The notes: generated by a model not told the origin, from the letters alone. DNA of 64,000 bases from Octopus sinensis (GCF_006345805.1 NC_042998.1:92876001-92940000); one strand, 5' to 3'; counted from the stretch's first letter, positions 27,166-41,232 are shown. Numbers and translations are program-made.

Positions 27166-27853
27166 CAACAAATTATTTATCATGAAAGAAGTTAAGTTAT
27201 TGATTTAGTTAGTTAAAGAAAAAACTAATGGATGGGTTACAGCACAGTGTTTGGAAACTTATGGCCATTATACAAGAAATGAAAGAAGAATATGGTTCTT
27301 TACGATGTAAATAAATGTACCATCCATAACCTATTTCACAAAGCTGGTGAACCAGTTAGTCATTTGCAAATTAACTGGGATTAAGATCTAAATTGAGTTC
27401 TTGATTAAAAGAAGAAAAAGACAAAAGGCTAAAATTATAAACTCCATTTCTGATAAGGAAGTTCTCTCTCTCTCTCTCTTTCTATCTCTCCCCCTCTCTC
27501 TTTCTCTCTCACCCTCTCTCTCCCTCCCTCTGAGGATATATATATATATTATTTTTAAAGAGAACAGCAAATACATAAAGGCAAGACAAGCATCTCAAGT
27601 CATATATGTTATTATTATAATTCGAAAAATTTAGACTTTAAAATAGACTTTGAATTTTTCTAATAATAATAATAACAATGTATCTGACATGATATGTTTG
27701 TCTTGCCTTAGAGTTTGTTGTCCTCTTTAACAAATGTCTCCATAACTACCACCTCGGTTATGATCTTGGAGCCCTGGTAATCAATACCTAGTTGTTTAGA
27801 TCACCTGTGAACTTCACCCCCATATTTGGTGTATATATATATACATATATATA

Positions 27854-28036
27854 GGGGGAGAATTCACAAAAAAACAAAAGACGAAGACAGGTGGTGTAGA
27901 CAACAAACAGATGTATTAATATAACGCTCAGGAAGCGAAAAAGTCTTTAACGTTTCGAGTCTACGCTTTTCCACAGAAAGGAACACAGAAAGAAACAAAG
28001 AGAGAAAATAAAGAATGTGTAGTGGCTAGCGATCTA
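27854..28036 (-). mobile_element. Penelope-like element fragment with minimal hammerhead ribozyme core
   Basis: Minus strand 27980-27945: cttt-CTGTGGA-aaagcgtagactc-GAAAC-GTT-aaag. Related fragments near 33215-33240 and 63915-64000. Flanked by (TA)n. Confidence 0.6.
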
Positions 28037-29076
28037 CATACATACACATATATATATATCGTTTAACCCATGCCAGCATGGAAAGTAGATGTTAAATGAT
28101 GATGATGTCGATATATATATATATATTACATTAAACAAGGTTAGTGTTTAGGGAAGTTAAAATGAAATAATGAAATTAGAAAAATAGAAAAAGAAAAGGA
28201 TGGAGATAGTAAACATAAGTGAGAGCCTGTTTTTGCTCAATACCAACAACTACTTAGTAAGAGAATTAGAATTTGAGAACTATCTAAGACTTCTTAAGGT
28301 ACCACCTACAGCCGCTTTCTAAATAGTTTCAAGGATGGGGCATAGGGCCCACCAGAAAGTGTTGATAATTCTTTCTTTCATGGGCACAAGACCTGAAATT
28401 TTGAGGGAAGGGGCTAAAAGGGGCTAGTCAATTACTTCAGTACTAGAGTGGTACTTTTATTTTGACCTCAAAAGGATGAAAGGCAAAGATGACCTGAATG
28501 GGATTTGAACTTAGAACATAAAGACAGATGAAATACTGTTAAATATTTTACCCAGCATACAAATAATTCAATGAAATTATTGTGTATGGTGTTCAGGTGC
28601 ATGGTTGTCAGGTGCAGTACATAGAATTATGTGCAAAAGTCAGGAAAGTGAACAGTGTAAGAGTTATGATATACATGTGTGCATGCATATGGAGGTGGGG
28701 ATATCAGGTGTAGTGTTGGCTAATTTCAGGAAGTATGGAGGTTTTAAAGGATGCAATGTCTTGGCAACTAACAAATGATGCAGGTAGTTTGTTCTATGCT
28801 TCAGCAACTCTGAGTGTGAAAAAAGGTTTCTGAAATTCATGAGAGCTGTGCTGTTTCTGCACATGCCCATGCCCATGTGTGTTAGAAACATGGAGCTTAA
28901 AAAGGTGTTCAAGGTGGTTGTTGGCTCGATGGTTAATAATAATAATGTGAAACAGTGTTGAAATGAAATTACTAGCAATAATAAGTACATGGTCTTTTAG
29001 AAGCAAAAGAAATAAGATTACATTTGTGAAGATGGACTGGAAATTAGATTTCATGTACACTTTTTTTATTGGTTAG

Positions 29077-29185
29077 TCAGGAGGGAACAACAGTTCCAAT
29101 AACTCTATACCAAAGATCCAAGACTGGTGAAAGAGATTGGAAGATAGCATCAAAGTGGACTCTACTAAAGGACCAAAAGTACCAG
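29077..29185 (+). CDS. candidate host exon, product unknown
   Basis: tttttttattggttag|TCAG GAG GGA...TAC CAG|gtagag; stop-free read QEGTTVPITLYQRSKTGERDWKIASKWTLLKDQKYQ in otherwise AT-rich DNA. Confidence 0.35.
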
Positions 29186-29438
29186 GTAGAGTGAGACCAC
29201 TGTTGTTACTATTCCACATACACTTACGATTTAAACCTTTTGTATTTCTCTTTTCTTAATTAAGAACTAAGTTTATATTTTAATCCTACCCAATGTGTGA
29301 GTTCACTAGCTTTCTGAAATTTGTTATGGTCTATGAATTCATTTACTAGGTAACTGCCACAGAAAAGAAATGAGCATGGAAGGAGTTCCATAGGGAACTG
29401 CTCCTACATCTGTGAAGGTGCTACTACTGCAAAAATTA

Positions 29439-29803
29439 TTATTACTGCCACCTTAGCAAAGGCAGAGGTATTGTTTTCAGTCATGTTTGTTTGTCCATGG
29501 ACAAGATGCCTCAAGAACCACTGGATGGATTCAGATGAAACTTTCAGGGATGTTTGGCCTCATAACTGGCATGAACTGATTAGAGTTTGGGATCGATCTG
29601 GTACTGGACAAGGATTCTGGATTATTTTTCCAGTTATTTTACTTAATTTTTGAGAGCGGTCAGGTTCATTTTTAATATTCTCGTTTGTGAGAGCAGTCGA
29701 GTTTATTTCAGATATTCTCATTTCAAAAATCATCTTTAGCTAATCTTTGAGAGGACGTTGGCATTGCCTTGGTGGAGGTTTGTGCTCTGTGAGTGCTCTT
29801 GTT
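29439..29803 (+). mobile_element. non-autonomous Helentron/DINE-1-like element
   Basis: 5' ttattactgccacctt...gaggtattgttttc and 3' ccttggtggaggtttgtgctctgtgagtgctcttgtt (subterminal repeat + small hairpin), the typical HINE layout. Confidence 0.6.
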
Positions 29804-29807
29804 ATTA

Positions 29808-30052
29808 TTTTTCTTTTCAGCTTGGGTTTTGTCGGAACTCCTGAAGTCTTGCATGCATAGTAGGCTTGCTGTCTACATCTCACGGTACCATGCTATCTAT
29901 TTTTACCAATTATCTAATGCTTTCCTGATTATTTCTGGTCATGCCAAGGAGGCAAGCCATTTGTAACAGTTCTACTGAGCACTCTGTTCCTCTTTATATT
30001 CCTCTTGATATTTTCTGATACTGTCCTTAAGGACCCAACAATAATTGGTACC
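29808..30052 (-). mobile_element. R4/NeSL-type LINE 3' end (restriction-like endonuclease tail)
   Basis: KVPIIVGSLRTVS resembles VIPIIIGALGTV. Similar ends at 35345-35710 (+; EVLGYV...QAITGTVKICK) and about 28230-28370 (-; KAAVGGTLRS). Confidence 0.6.
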
Positions 30053-30057
30053 TTCTT

Positions 30058-30090
<33 letters not shown>

Positions 30091-30175
30091 ATTATATATG
30101 CAAAAAAAAAACACATTCTAGATAGCACCCACAATAATAATACCTGACTGACTGGCATAAAGTCATTCACATACA

Positions 30176-30360
30176 CAGGTATCCCTGAACTTTTTAGACC
30201 CTTGACCCAGTGTTTCCTGAACTTTTTAGACCCCCTCATCGACCCTCAGGCATTTACAAGAAAATAAATAAATAACAATAATAATCAAATAGATGTGCAG
30301 TTTCAGGGCATTTATCAACCCCTTGAATAGTCCCATCGACCACTTTGGAGACCCCTGTTC
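30176..30360. mobile_element. hAT-like MITE with duplicated left end
   Basis: cagtgtttcctgaactttttagaccc (also caggtatccctgaactttttagaccc upstream) ... gaccactttggagacccctg. Confidence 0.45.
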
Positions 30361-30399
30361 TAGCCTTAAAGATATGTTGTCACCACTCTCTGATGTTTT

Positions 30400-30640
30400 A
30401 CTATATTGTGCTCTGCTCTTCAGAACCAGTCAGTCTTATACCATCACCATTCAAGCACTTTTGACTCATTCATCTCACCTCCAGTCATCATTCACATTGT
30501 CTTCAAGTATCCAAGTCTCTGCACTAACACTTACACCCATTCCTCCTTCCTCAGAATTATGGTCCTCTGGAATCTCCTCTTTGCTGAAAGTGCCAGAAGT
30601 AACATACAGCCAAATCTTCAAATTTTACCTTATTATCCAT
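30400..30640 (+). mobile_element. CR1/L2-like ORF2 C-terminal remnant
   Basis: TNTYTHSSFLRIMVLWNLL resembles RTxxYxxSFFPRTxxLWNxLP. Confidence 0.55.
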
Positions 30641-31692
30641 CATAAAAAAAAAAAAAATCAATGATGTTCTGGACAATGTAGTTTTGAATAACTAAAGTGA
30701 GATATCTGATGGTCAAAGGTGCAATGTCTTTGATAACAGATCTGCTTAATCAGAGATGATTCGGGCTTAAATACCTGCAGCAGCAGCAACACTGCTACCC
30801 AACCCCCACCACTCACTGCCTCCCCTGCCCCTCCAACAATAACTAAAGGCTACTTTTGCTTACAGATATTTCAGTAAAATTTTACTTGAATTAATAAACA
30901 ATAAACAGAATAACCAATGCATTTTAGGAAGAATTATTTGGAAAAAAAAAACCCCAAATCATGGCTTTTAGAATAAAAACATTTCAACAGTTAGATTTCA
31001 AATCTAGAATAGAAAATTTATTTGAATTATTTATTGTCTCTGAAAATTGGTATAAAATGGTAATTTAGAAAAACATTTATAGTGTGCATTTGTATACATA
31101 CATACGTACATACATACATACATACAAACATACATACATACATACATACAAACACACATACATACATACAAACACACCTATATATACATGCATATACATA
31201 CATACATTCATACATACATACAAACACACATATCTATATACATGCATATACATACATATTCATATATATATATATATATATATGTAGGTGCACATGTGTG
31301 CATGTGTGTATTCACAGATTCATGTATGCATGTGTGTGTAAATATATATATATATATATGGATTATATGTACGTATGTATGTACATGCAAACGTATATAT
31401 ATATATATTGATAGGTATACAAGTACATGAGGATACACATATATTCATGCATACATACATACATACATGCATACATACATACAAACACACACACATATAT
31501 ACGTACATATATACATACACACACACAAACTCACATATATATATATACACTTACATATATACACATATATACATATCTACATATATATGCAAAAATATAC
31601 ATTTATATACATAAATACGTACGTATGTATATATATAGAGAAAGAGAAGGGGGAAAGAGATTGATAAATCTACATACCTGTATATGTGTGTG

Positions 31693-31727
<35 letters not shown>

Positions 31728-32234
31728 TTCTTTATTTATGGTCTATGTATATATTCAGGAGGAGTGAGAGAGAAAATGATATTTTCACAAATTATATGTA
31801 GGCATTTAAGCATGGGGAACCGGAAATAAGCCCCACATTTTTCATGGTATACAGAATTTCTTAATTTTCCAGAACATGAAACTATAGTAACATATAACCT
31901 GCATTGAAGAAGAAACATGAAACATAAATTTATTGATACACGTATAAGACAAGGAAACAGGAATTGATAAAGACACAGATAAAAGCAGAAATTGCATAAA
32001 CATTTATGAGAGAGAATAGATGGAAATAGGAAAATGGAAAAGGAAAAGATTTATATGCATACACACATTAGCTAAAATTATATGTACATACATGTATATC
32101 AATAAGAGCATGCAATGTAGCTTGACTCTAGGGATATTTAGAAGTTAGTAAACAGGGAAAAAAAAATTGTGACATCTTATAGATAGAGAAGCAACATCTA
32201 TGCAGTTGTATTGAAATAAAGATTAAAATAAAAT

Positions 32235-32340
32235 AACTAGTAATATGTAATAGTAATAATAATAATAACAATAGTAGTAATAGTAGTAGTAAAAATAGTA
32301 GTATTAGCAGTAGTAGTATTACCAGTAGTAGTATTAGTAT

Positions 32341-32384
<44 letters not shown>

Positions 32385-32465
32385 AAAATAATACTAGTAG
32401 TAGTAGTAATAACAGTAGTAGTAGCAGTAGTAGTGAAAATAGTAGTCATATTAGCTATATTAGTA

Positions 32466-32534
<69 letters not shown>

Positions 32535-32540
32535 TAATAA
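32235..32540. repeat. (TAG)n/(TAA)n compound microsatellite (also (TTA)n 32870-32980, (TTC)/(GCT)/(ACT) 54820-54975)
   Basis: Directly visible. Confidence 0.97.
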
Positions 32541-32922
32541 TGTTGAAGATTCATGTTAGCAGAAAAGTAATTCCATGGGATCCATTCGGTTTTATTTTAA
32601 AAAATTTTATTTTGCTTGTTTTGATTTTCTATGTTTCCTAAATTCTATATATAAACATTATTCAGTATATCTGCTTTGTTGATAAAGAATTATTTATTTT
32701 CAAAAACACAACTGATTGGATTTGTTAAATTCTAAACATGCAAGTTTTCATTTCTGAATCTCTATTTAGTGTGCAAATAGAAAATGATTTATGTGTAGCT
32801 ATTAGATTAGCATTACATTGTAGCTATTATTATTTCATTATTTATTATTTTTACATAGCTATTGTTGTTTGTTATTGTTATTATTACTATTATTGTTATT
32901 GTTATTATTATTATTATTATTA

Positions 32923-32982
<60 letters not shown>

Positions 32983-33144
32983 TTTAGAGTTTCCCTCAAT
33001 GCTATATAAAATATATAATATAAAAACCAAAAAGAAAAGAATCATCTTTTTATTGTTTATTGCTTGATGTGTCTTTAGAGTGGGGGATGATAGAGACTGA
33101 TAGATAAACAGATAGAGTTAAGGAGATAAATAGATAGATAGAGA

Positions 33145-33184
<40 letters not shown>

Positions 33185-33289
33185 TGTATATGTGTGTATG
33201 TATATATATGTATTAGTATAACGCTCAGGAATAGAAATATATATATACATACATATAAGATAGACTGACAGATAGACAAACAGACAGAC

Positions 33290-33380
<91 letters not shown>

Positions 33381-33435
33381 CAGATAGATAGACAAACAGT
33401 CAGATAGCTAGATAGAAAGATAAATAGATAGATAA

Positions 33436-33511
<76 letters not shown>

Positions 33512-34258
33512 ATAGACAGATAAATAGATAGATAAATAGATAGATAGACAGATAGATAGAAAGATAGATAGAAAGATAGATAGAAAGGTAACTAGATAGA
33601 TGATAGATAGATAAATAGACAGATAGATAGAAAGATAATAGATAAATAGAGAGAGAGAGAAAGAGTGAGATTAGCTTGTTCATGTTTTGATTTCCTTTTC
33701 TTTCAAACAAAAAAATTATTTGAATGCATGGTCTGATATAAATTGTAATTAGTCAGACAGGCTGCTTCACTTCTGGTGTTTCGTAGCAATGTCGTTTTAA
33801 ATAAAAGAATCTGGATGAAAACAATAAGACAAAATAAAACACAAAGACAAAAACCCTTATGTATTTCTTTGCTGTGTTTCATTGGTAAGTCTTTGTAAGT
33901 AAACAGATTTAATGAATGCTATTGGCGTAGAGGGAGCAAAGATAAAACGATAATCATTTGTTTTTATTTTTCCTTCCCCCCCTTTTTTTTTGGAAAGAGA
34001 TAAACATATATATCAGATATAGTGAGGATGACTGATTTATTTGCATTGAGAAACTCTAAATTCAACATGCTTTTGCATTTTGATGAGGAACATAAGGCAA
34101 TAGAAATGGAAATATCTTTAAGCTGCATTGGGCAATTATTACTGCTGAAAGAATAAAGCATCTCCATATAAGATTATAATATTTCAAGAGCTAAAGACCT
34201 TTGGGAAATATCTTTCATAACAAAATAAATTTTAAAAGCGATCTAAGATATATATATC

Positions 34259-34296
<38 letters not shown>

Positions 34297-35717
34297 TCAA
34301 AGTACATTACTCTAGATTGTTTTATTATACTAAAAGAATTAAGTGCTTCACTTATTGTTCAATACACTTTAAGAACCTCAAGGCCACTTTGCTATGAAAC
34401 AATATCTATAGTGCTATTAAGTACCCAATTATTTCATTTGGTAATCAACTTATTGAAAGCCAATGAACGTCAGAAGGATCATTAAATATATTTTTAAATA
34501 TGTGAATTTAATATAAATCAATAGTGTTTTTTTTTTCAGGTTGTTGACCTATGACTGGATATCCAGAGTCTTAGAAACAAATCTTAAAATTAAAGTAGAA
34601 ATTTGTAAAAACTAAAATTTGATAGCTTTATATGAAGAATGACTATTTCATTATTTGCAAATTCATAAGGCAGAGAGCTGGCACAATCGTTAGCATGCTG
34701 GTTGAAATGCTTTGTGGTATTTCACATGTTGCGAGTTCAAATTATGTTGAGGTCAACTTTGCCTTTCATCCTTTTGGGGACAATAAATTAAGTACCAGTA
34801 AAACATTAGAGTCGATGTAATCGATTATCCCTCTTTTCCAAAACTTCTGGCCTTGTGCCTATAGTAAAGAGGATTATTTGAATTCACCAATTTTATATTT
34901 ATTTTGGAACTTAGTGTATAGATCAGTGGAAATCACAGATTACCTGTAACCACACAATAACACTTTAGCCTTTGAACTGCTCATATGTTGCTAAAACATT
35001 CAACCTGTTTTGTGTTCAGAGTGGCTAGATCCAGCCTCTCACACCTGTCCTACAATGTCATTCTAAAAGTAAACAATCATTGTAGTTTGGAAGCGATGAA
35101 ATGATGCATGATTAATTCAAAATAGTGTGAATAAATAAGCATTACATATAATAGGTATTATAATATCTTTTTCTTTTTCTTTTTACTTGTTTCAGTTGTT
35201 GTACTGTGGCCTTGTTGGAGCACCAACTTGAAGGGTTAAGCTTGGTACTTATTCTATCAGGCACTTTTGCTGAACCACTTAATTACAGGGATGTAAACAA
35301 ACCAACACCAGTTGTCAAGCAATGGAAGGGGACAAACACAAGTAGAAAAACAAACACACATTGAGGTACTGGGATATGTAATACACTGCCTAAATACCAA
35401 TCTTGAGAAATTAGATATCTCAAAACCAGAAAGGAGAAAGCAGATTCAAAGACTACAGATTCAAGCCATCACTGGAACTGTAAAAATCTGTAAAACTTCC
35501 CAGAGGTTTATCATTTAAGTATATATGAGCATGTCTAAATATATAAATATATGCATGAGAATATATACATAAAACAAAACACAGAAATCTGCACATATAC
35601 ATACATGCAAAAATATTCTGTTGATGTGGAAATTCCAATGAAGAAGTTTTGGATCTAGGTTAGAAACTGGCTCTTTCTCTACTGGCAAGAAATCTTGAAA
35701 TAAAACTGAATAATGAC

Positions 35718-35754
<37 letters not shown>

Positions 35755-36074
35755 TGTGTGTGTGTGTGCGCGCGTGCACGTGTGTGTGTGTGTGTGTTTG
35801 TGTAATGAGCTTCTTTCAGTTTCCATCAACCAAATTTACCCACAAGGCTTTGGTTGGCCTTGGGCTATAGTAGAAGACACCCAAGGTGCAAAGCAATGTG
35901 GTTAAGTAGCAAACTTCTAAATTCGCAGCCATGACTGCATCTTTTTCAACTATCTGCACAGTACAGCCAACCATTACCCATGGTGGCTTTCACTTATTGT
36001 TTCAAGATGTCTATGAAATCACAAGCAGAACAGACATAGACACCACCACAGCCAATTCACACTTGATCCAGTGT

Positions 36075-36485
36075 AACATCATCATCATCATCATCATTCA
36101 ATGTCTGCTTCAACGGCATGGGTTAGATAGTTTGACTGAGGATTGGCAAGCCAGGAGGCTGCACCAGGCTCCAGTCTGACCCTGTAAGATTACTACAGCT
36201 GAATGCCCTTCCTAACACCAACCATTCTGAGAATATAGTGGGTGCTTTTTACATGCCACCAACATGGGGGCCAGACAGGCAGCACTGATATTGACCACGC
36301 TCAAATGGTGCATTTTATGTGCCACTGACAGGGGAGCCAGGCTGGTGGCACTGGAATCGACCATGCTCGAATGATGCTTTTTATATGCCACTGGCATGGG
36401 TGCCAGTCAGGCAGTACTGGTATTGGCCACGACAATAATTTCACTTGATTCAACAGGTCTTCTCAAGCACAGCATATCGCCTGAC
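36075..36485 (-). mobile_element. RTE-X 3'UTR fragment
   Basis: (CAT)n tail, gccctt-cctaac core and the cacttgattcaacaggtcttc motif. Confidence 0.8.
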
Positions 36486-37136
36486 GATTGAAGGGTACTC
36501 GTAAATGGGCTGAAAGGCTTCGTTCAGCTCAAAGCTGTAGTAGAAGGAGCTTGACCAAAGTAACTGGTTGTGAGACCAAATCTAAAGATATTTGGTTGGG
36601 AAACAATCTTTTTAATTCCATCACCACATCTACAAACACTTGTCAATATTGGTTTCAAATTTTGGCACATGCCAAGCAATTCTGGGGACAAGGAAAATCA
36701 GGTACATCAACTCCAGTACTTGACTGCTACATATTTTATTGATCCCAAATGGATGAAAGGCAAAGTCGACCTCTGTGGAATTTGAGCTCAAAATGTAAAG
36801 ACCCAGAAGATCTGTAAATACTGCTCAAGCATTCTTATGCAGCATTTTAATAACATTGGATAATATTTTTGTTAATCTTAAGAATGTACGTAAACCATGA
36901 CTATTCTTGGTGAGCTTGAATAATTCTAAGGAACATTCTTTTTAATCTAGAATATTTTTATTACTCATGAGCATCTTTGATAATACTCTTGTTAACTTTT
37001 ATAGGAATTTCAGAGATGTACATGTGTAGCAAGTTACTTAAGATGCATCAGAACTGTCTCAGTAATCTGGTAGCAAAAGTACAAAACTTTTTGACACTTC
37101 ATAATAGTGTAGTATCAAGAAATAAATAAAATGTGA

Positions 37137-37169
<33 letters not shown>

Positions 37170-37181
37170 TATATACATATA

Positions 37182-38216
37182 ATCATCATCATCATCATCA
37201 TCGTTTAACATCTGTTTTCCATGCTAACAGGGGTTGGACAGTTTGACCGGGGTCCGGGAAGCCAGGAGGCTGCACCAGGCTCCAGTATGATCTGGTAGTG
37301 TTTCTACAGCTGGATGCCCTTCCTAACACCAACCACTCCGTGAGTGTAGTGGGTACTATTTACGTGCCACCGGCACGGAAGCCAGTCAAAGTAGGGCTGG
37401 CATCAGCCACGTTCGGATGGTGCTTTTTACGTGCCACCGGCACAGGTATCACAACTACAATTTCCATTTGATTTCTATTTTGATGTTGATGTACTTGACT
37501 CAGTAGGTCTCTTCAAGCACAGCAGGTCGCCCTACGATGCAAGGTAAGCATGGCAGGCCGTCCTGCGATCCAAGGTACTTTGGATGGGCTGGGACTGCTA
37601 TGTGAAGCTGGTGCAGGAAACAGCCATGAACTCGCGTTATTTGTCACAGCATATCTGCAGAGATCTCGGTCTTTTGTCATTGCCTCTGTTTGGCCCAACG
37701 TTCGAAGGTCCTGCTTGGCCACCACATCCCATGTTTTCTTGGGTCTACCTCTACCCCAGATTCCTTCAACTGTTTGGGAGTGGTACTTCTTCCCACATCT
37801 CTCCTCATCCATCCATAATGCATGACCATACCAGCACAAACGTCTCTCTTGCAGGCCACATCCAATGCTTCTTATGTCCAGCATTTCTCTCAGGGCACTT
37901 ACATTCTGTCGTGCATGCACACAGACATTACACATCCAGCAGATCATGCTAGCTTCATTTCTTTTGAGCCAACGCAGTCACAGCCCATGCTTCACTATCA
38001 TGAAGCATGGCAGTTTGCACACATGTGTCGTACAATCTACCTTTCACTCTGAATGAGAGACCTTTTGTCACCAGTAGCAGTAGAAGCTTTCTAAACTTTG
38101 CCCAGGCTATTTGTATTCTAGTGGTGACACTCTTTGAGCATCCACCTCCATTACTAACTTGGTCACCTAGGTAGCGGAAACTATCAACTACTAGTTTCTC
38201 CTCCTGGAGTATGATG

Positions 38217-38220
<4 letters not shown>
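37182..38220 (-). mobile_element. 5'-truncated RTE-X LINE, second subfamily
   Basis: Close reverse-complement homolog of 11700-12714; (TA)n on both flanks. Confidence 0.92.
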
Positions 38221-38259
<39 letters not shown>

Positions 38260-38260
38260 C

Positions 38261-41224
38261 ATGTAGGAAGGCAGAAGGAGGAGCGCAGAGAGGCTGGTGT
38301 TGGTTTTGCAGTCCGATCTGATATCCTGAAGAAGTTGGAAGAGCTCCCTGTTCCTATAAATGAACGTATAATGACCCTACGGTTGCACTTTAAAGGTAAG
38401 CGGTTTGCTACTCTAATAAGTGCCTATGCACCTACTTTGACTAGCTGTGATGAAGATAAAATAATCTTTTATACCCAGCTGAGAGCCATACTTAGAAAAA
38501 TCCCCAATTCTGACAAAGTCATTCTACTGGGGGATTTTAATGCCAGAGTAGGAACAGACTGGCAAACATGGAACTCTCTAGGACGTTTTGGAGTAGGGAA
38601 AATGAATAGCAATGCTACTGGAGCTTTGTGAAGAACATGGACTTTACATTGCAAGTACTTATTTTGTGCACAGAGGTGATCACACAACAACATGGATGCA
38701 TCCAAGGTCCAAAGTTTGGCACTTGCTGGATTACGTCATCATCTGCAAGCACGACATTTATGACATTTGTAATGTCAAGTCCTTGCATGGATCAGAATGC
38801 TGGACAGACCACAGTCTGGTGTGAGCAAAGTTCCGAATGGTGATTAGGGCGAAAGAGAGAAGAGGACCAGTCAGCATTCCTCGCCGCCTAAATGTTCACA
38901 AGGTATATGACGTTGTGGTTAGGAAAGAGCTTCAGACTCGCTTGTCCAGCATTGAAACTGCTGCAGGATGGGAAGATTTTCGAGACCAGGTTGTTCAATG
39001 TGCAGCCGAAACACTGGGGTATGTTACTGCCAGACACAGAGACTGGTTTGATGAGAATGATGCTGAAATTCAACGACTATTAGTGGTGAAACACCATGCC
39101 CACAGTGTGCTGCTGCACAGAGAACTGTCTACTGTGCAGAGAAGTCTAGCACTTGCCCACTATAACAGTGTAAAATCACTACTGCAGCGATCTCTCAGGA
39201 AGATGCAGAACACTTGGTGGGAGGATCTTGCTCGTGATGTTCAGGCTGCTGCTGATGCAAATGACAGCAAGAAGCTTTACCATCTTATGAAGCGAGCTTA
39301 TGGGACCTAAGAACTCCACATCAGCTCCTTTGCTTTCCAAGGAGTCTTCCACTATGTTTACTAAATCAACAGAAATCACAGGTCGCTGGATCGAACACTT
39401 CTCTGAACTCCTAAACCATGAGTCAGTTGTGGATGAAACAGTGATTGATACTATGAAACAAAGACCTATCATTGACTCCTTAGACTCCTTGCCATCAATA
39501 CATGAAGTATTGATCTTGGTAGGGCACCTGGAAAGGATGGAATTTGTGCTGAGGTCTTGCGATTTGGTGGTAATTGCATCACACAGTCCCTTCATGAACT
39601 TATTAGTGCAGTCTGGAGGGGTGGTGCAATCCCTAAGGACTGGAAGGATGCAAATATTCTTCCTCTGTATAAAGGAAAAGGAGCCAGAACAATGTGTGGT
39701 AACTACAGAGGTATTGCTCTACTATCAGCTGCTGGCAAGGTTCTGGCAAATATTCTTCTTATCCGTCTGAATGGGTGTCTCGTAAATGATGTCCTATCTG
39801 AATCTCAATGTGGCTTCCGATCTGGTAGAGGGACAATGGATATGATTTTCACAGCAAGACAGATGCAGGAGAAGTGCTATGAGCAGAATATGGATCTTGT
39901 CCAGGTATTCATTGATTTAACTAAGGCCTTTGATACTGCAAATAGGGCCTTTCTATGGAAAATACTTGGCAAACTTGGATGTCCGGATCACTTTGTATCA
40001 ATAATTAAATCATTTCATGATGGGATGGAGGCTTGGGTCAATGTTGGTGGTGCCATGGCAGGACCCATTCCTGTAGAGAATGGTGTTAAGCAGGGTGACA
40101 TTCTTGCCCCAACTCTCTTTTCTTTATACTTTGCTGCTACTTTTAATCTTCGCCGATTTGCTGCCAATTCGCTGCCAAGGTTTCCCAGTCTATTATTTGT
40201 GACCTCCTTTATGCAGATGACTGTGACTTAGTCACTCATACAGTGGATGACATGCAAATACTCATGAATTGCATTTCTGCTTCTTGCAGGGCATTTGGAC
40301 TCAGCATTAGCCTGGACAAGACTGTTGTAATGTTCCAGCCTGCACCAGGAAATCCATATATAGAACCAGCTATCTTGGTTGAAGGAATGATTCTGAAGGT
40401 AGTAGACAAGTTTGTCTACCTGGGCAGCACACTCAGCCATTCTTGCTCCCTGGATGAGGAAATATCTTTCAGGTTGCAGAGAGCAACTAATTCCTTCCGG
40501 TCTCTTCAGTCTCGTGTCTGGTCCCAACATAGCATCGCAAGGAGAACAAAAGTTGCTGTGTACTGTGCTTGTGTACTGACATCGCTTCTCTACTCATGTG
40601 AGACATGGACTCCGTACAAACGTCAGGTAAGGGTCCTTGAACGTTTTCATCAGAGATGTCTCAGACACATTCCCAATGTTGGCTGGACCTCAAAAATTCC
40701 AGACACACAGCTGAGGACAGCTGATATCTTGAGTATTGAGGCGATGGTACACAAGCACCGGTTGTGTTGGACTGGACACCTTATTAGAATGGAGGATAGT
40801 AGGATTCCTAAGCAGATGCTCTATGGAGAACTTGTGAATGGAAGGAGACTCCGGCAGAAACCAAGGCTGCGATTTAAGGACTGTGTCAAGTCCTCATTAA
40901 AGGCCTTTGATATGCAGGACACTGACAGGGAGAACAATGCCTGCCATCGCCACAGATGGAGGAAGCAGGTTAAGGAGGGGATCGACACTTTTGAGAGAGC
41001 ACGTATCCAGCATGAAGAACTTAAGTGAGCTGCGCGAAAGCGCACGGCCCGTATAGTGAATGGGGAAAGCTTGGTCTGCAATGTTTGCAGTCGTGTATGC
41101 TTGTCAAGAGCAGGGCTCATTAGCCACCAACGGAGCTGTAAATGCAAAATATAAGTTAGTCCTAGAGCGCACAATGTTCCTGAAGGTCGGCAATGGTCTT
41201 CCTCGGTCACGAGTGGACGGCCAT
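38261..41224 (+). mobile_element. RTE/BovB-like LINE, nearly full ORF2 (APE endonuclease + RT + C-terminal Zn finger), disabled
   Basis: ATLISAYAPT, ILLGDFNARVG, HLLDYVI, WTDH (APE); QCGFRSGRGTMDMIF, FIDLTKAFD, GVKQGDILAPTLF, LLYADD at about 40207-40222 (RT); CNVC...HQRSC at 41077-41139, stop at 41152-41154. Frameshifts and CGA>TGA stops (38822, 41026). Confidence 0.95.
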
Positions 41225-41232
41225 ATATATTC

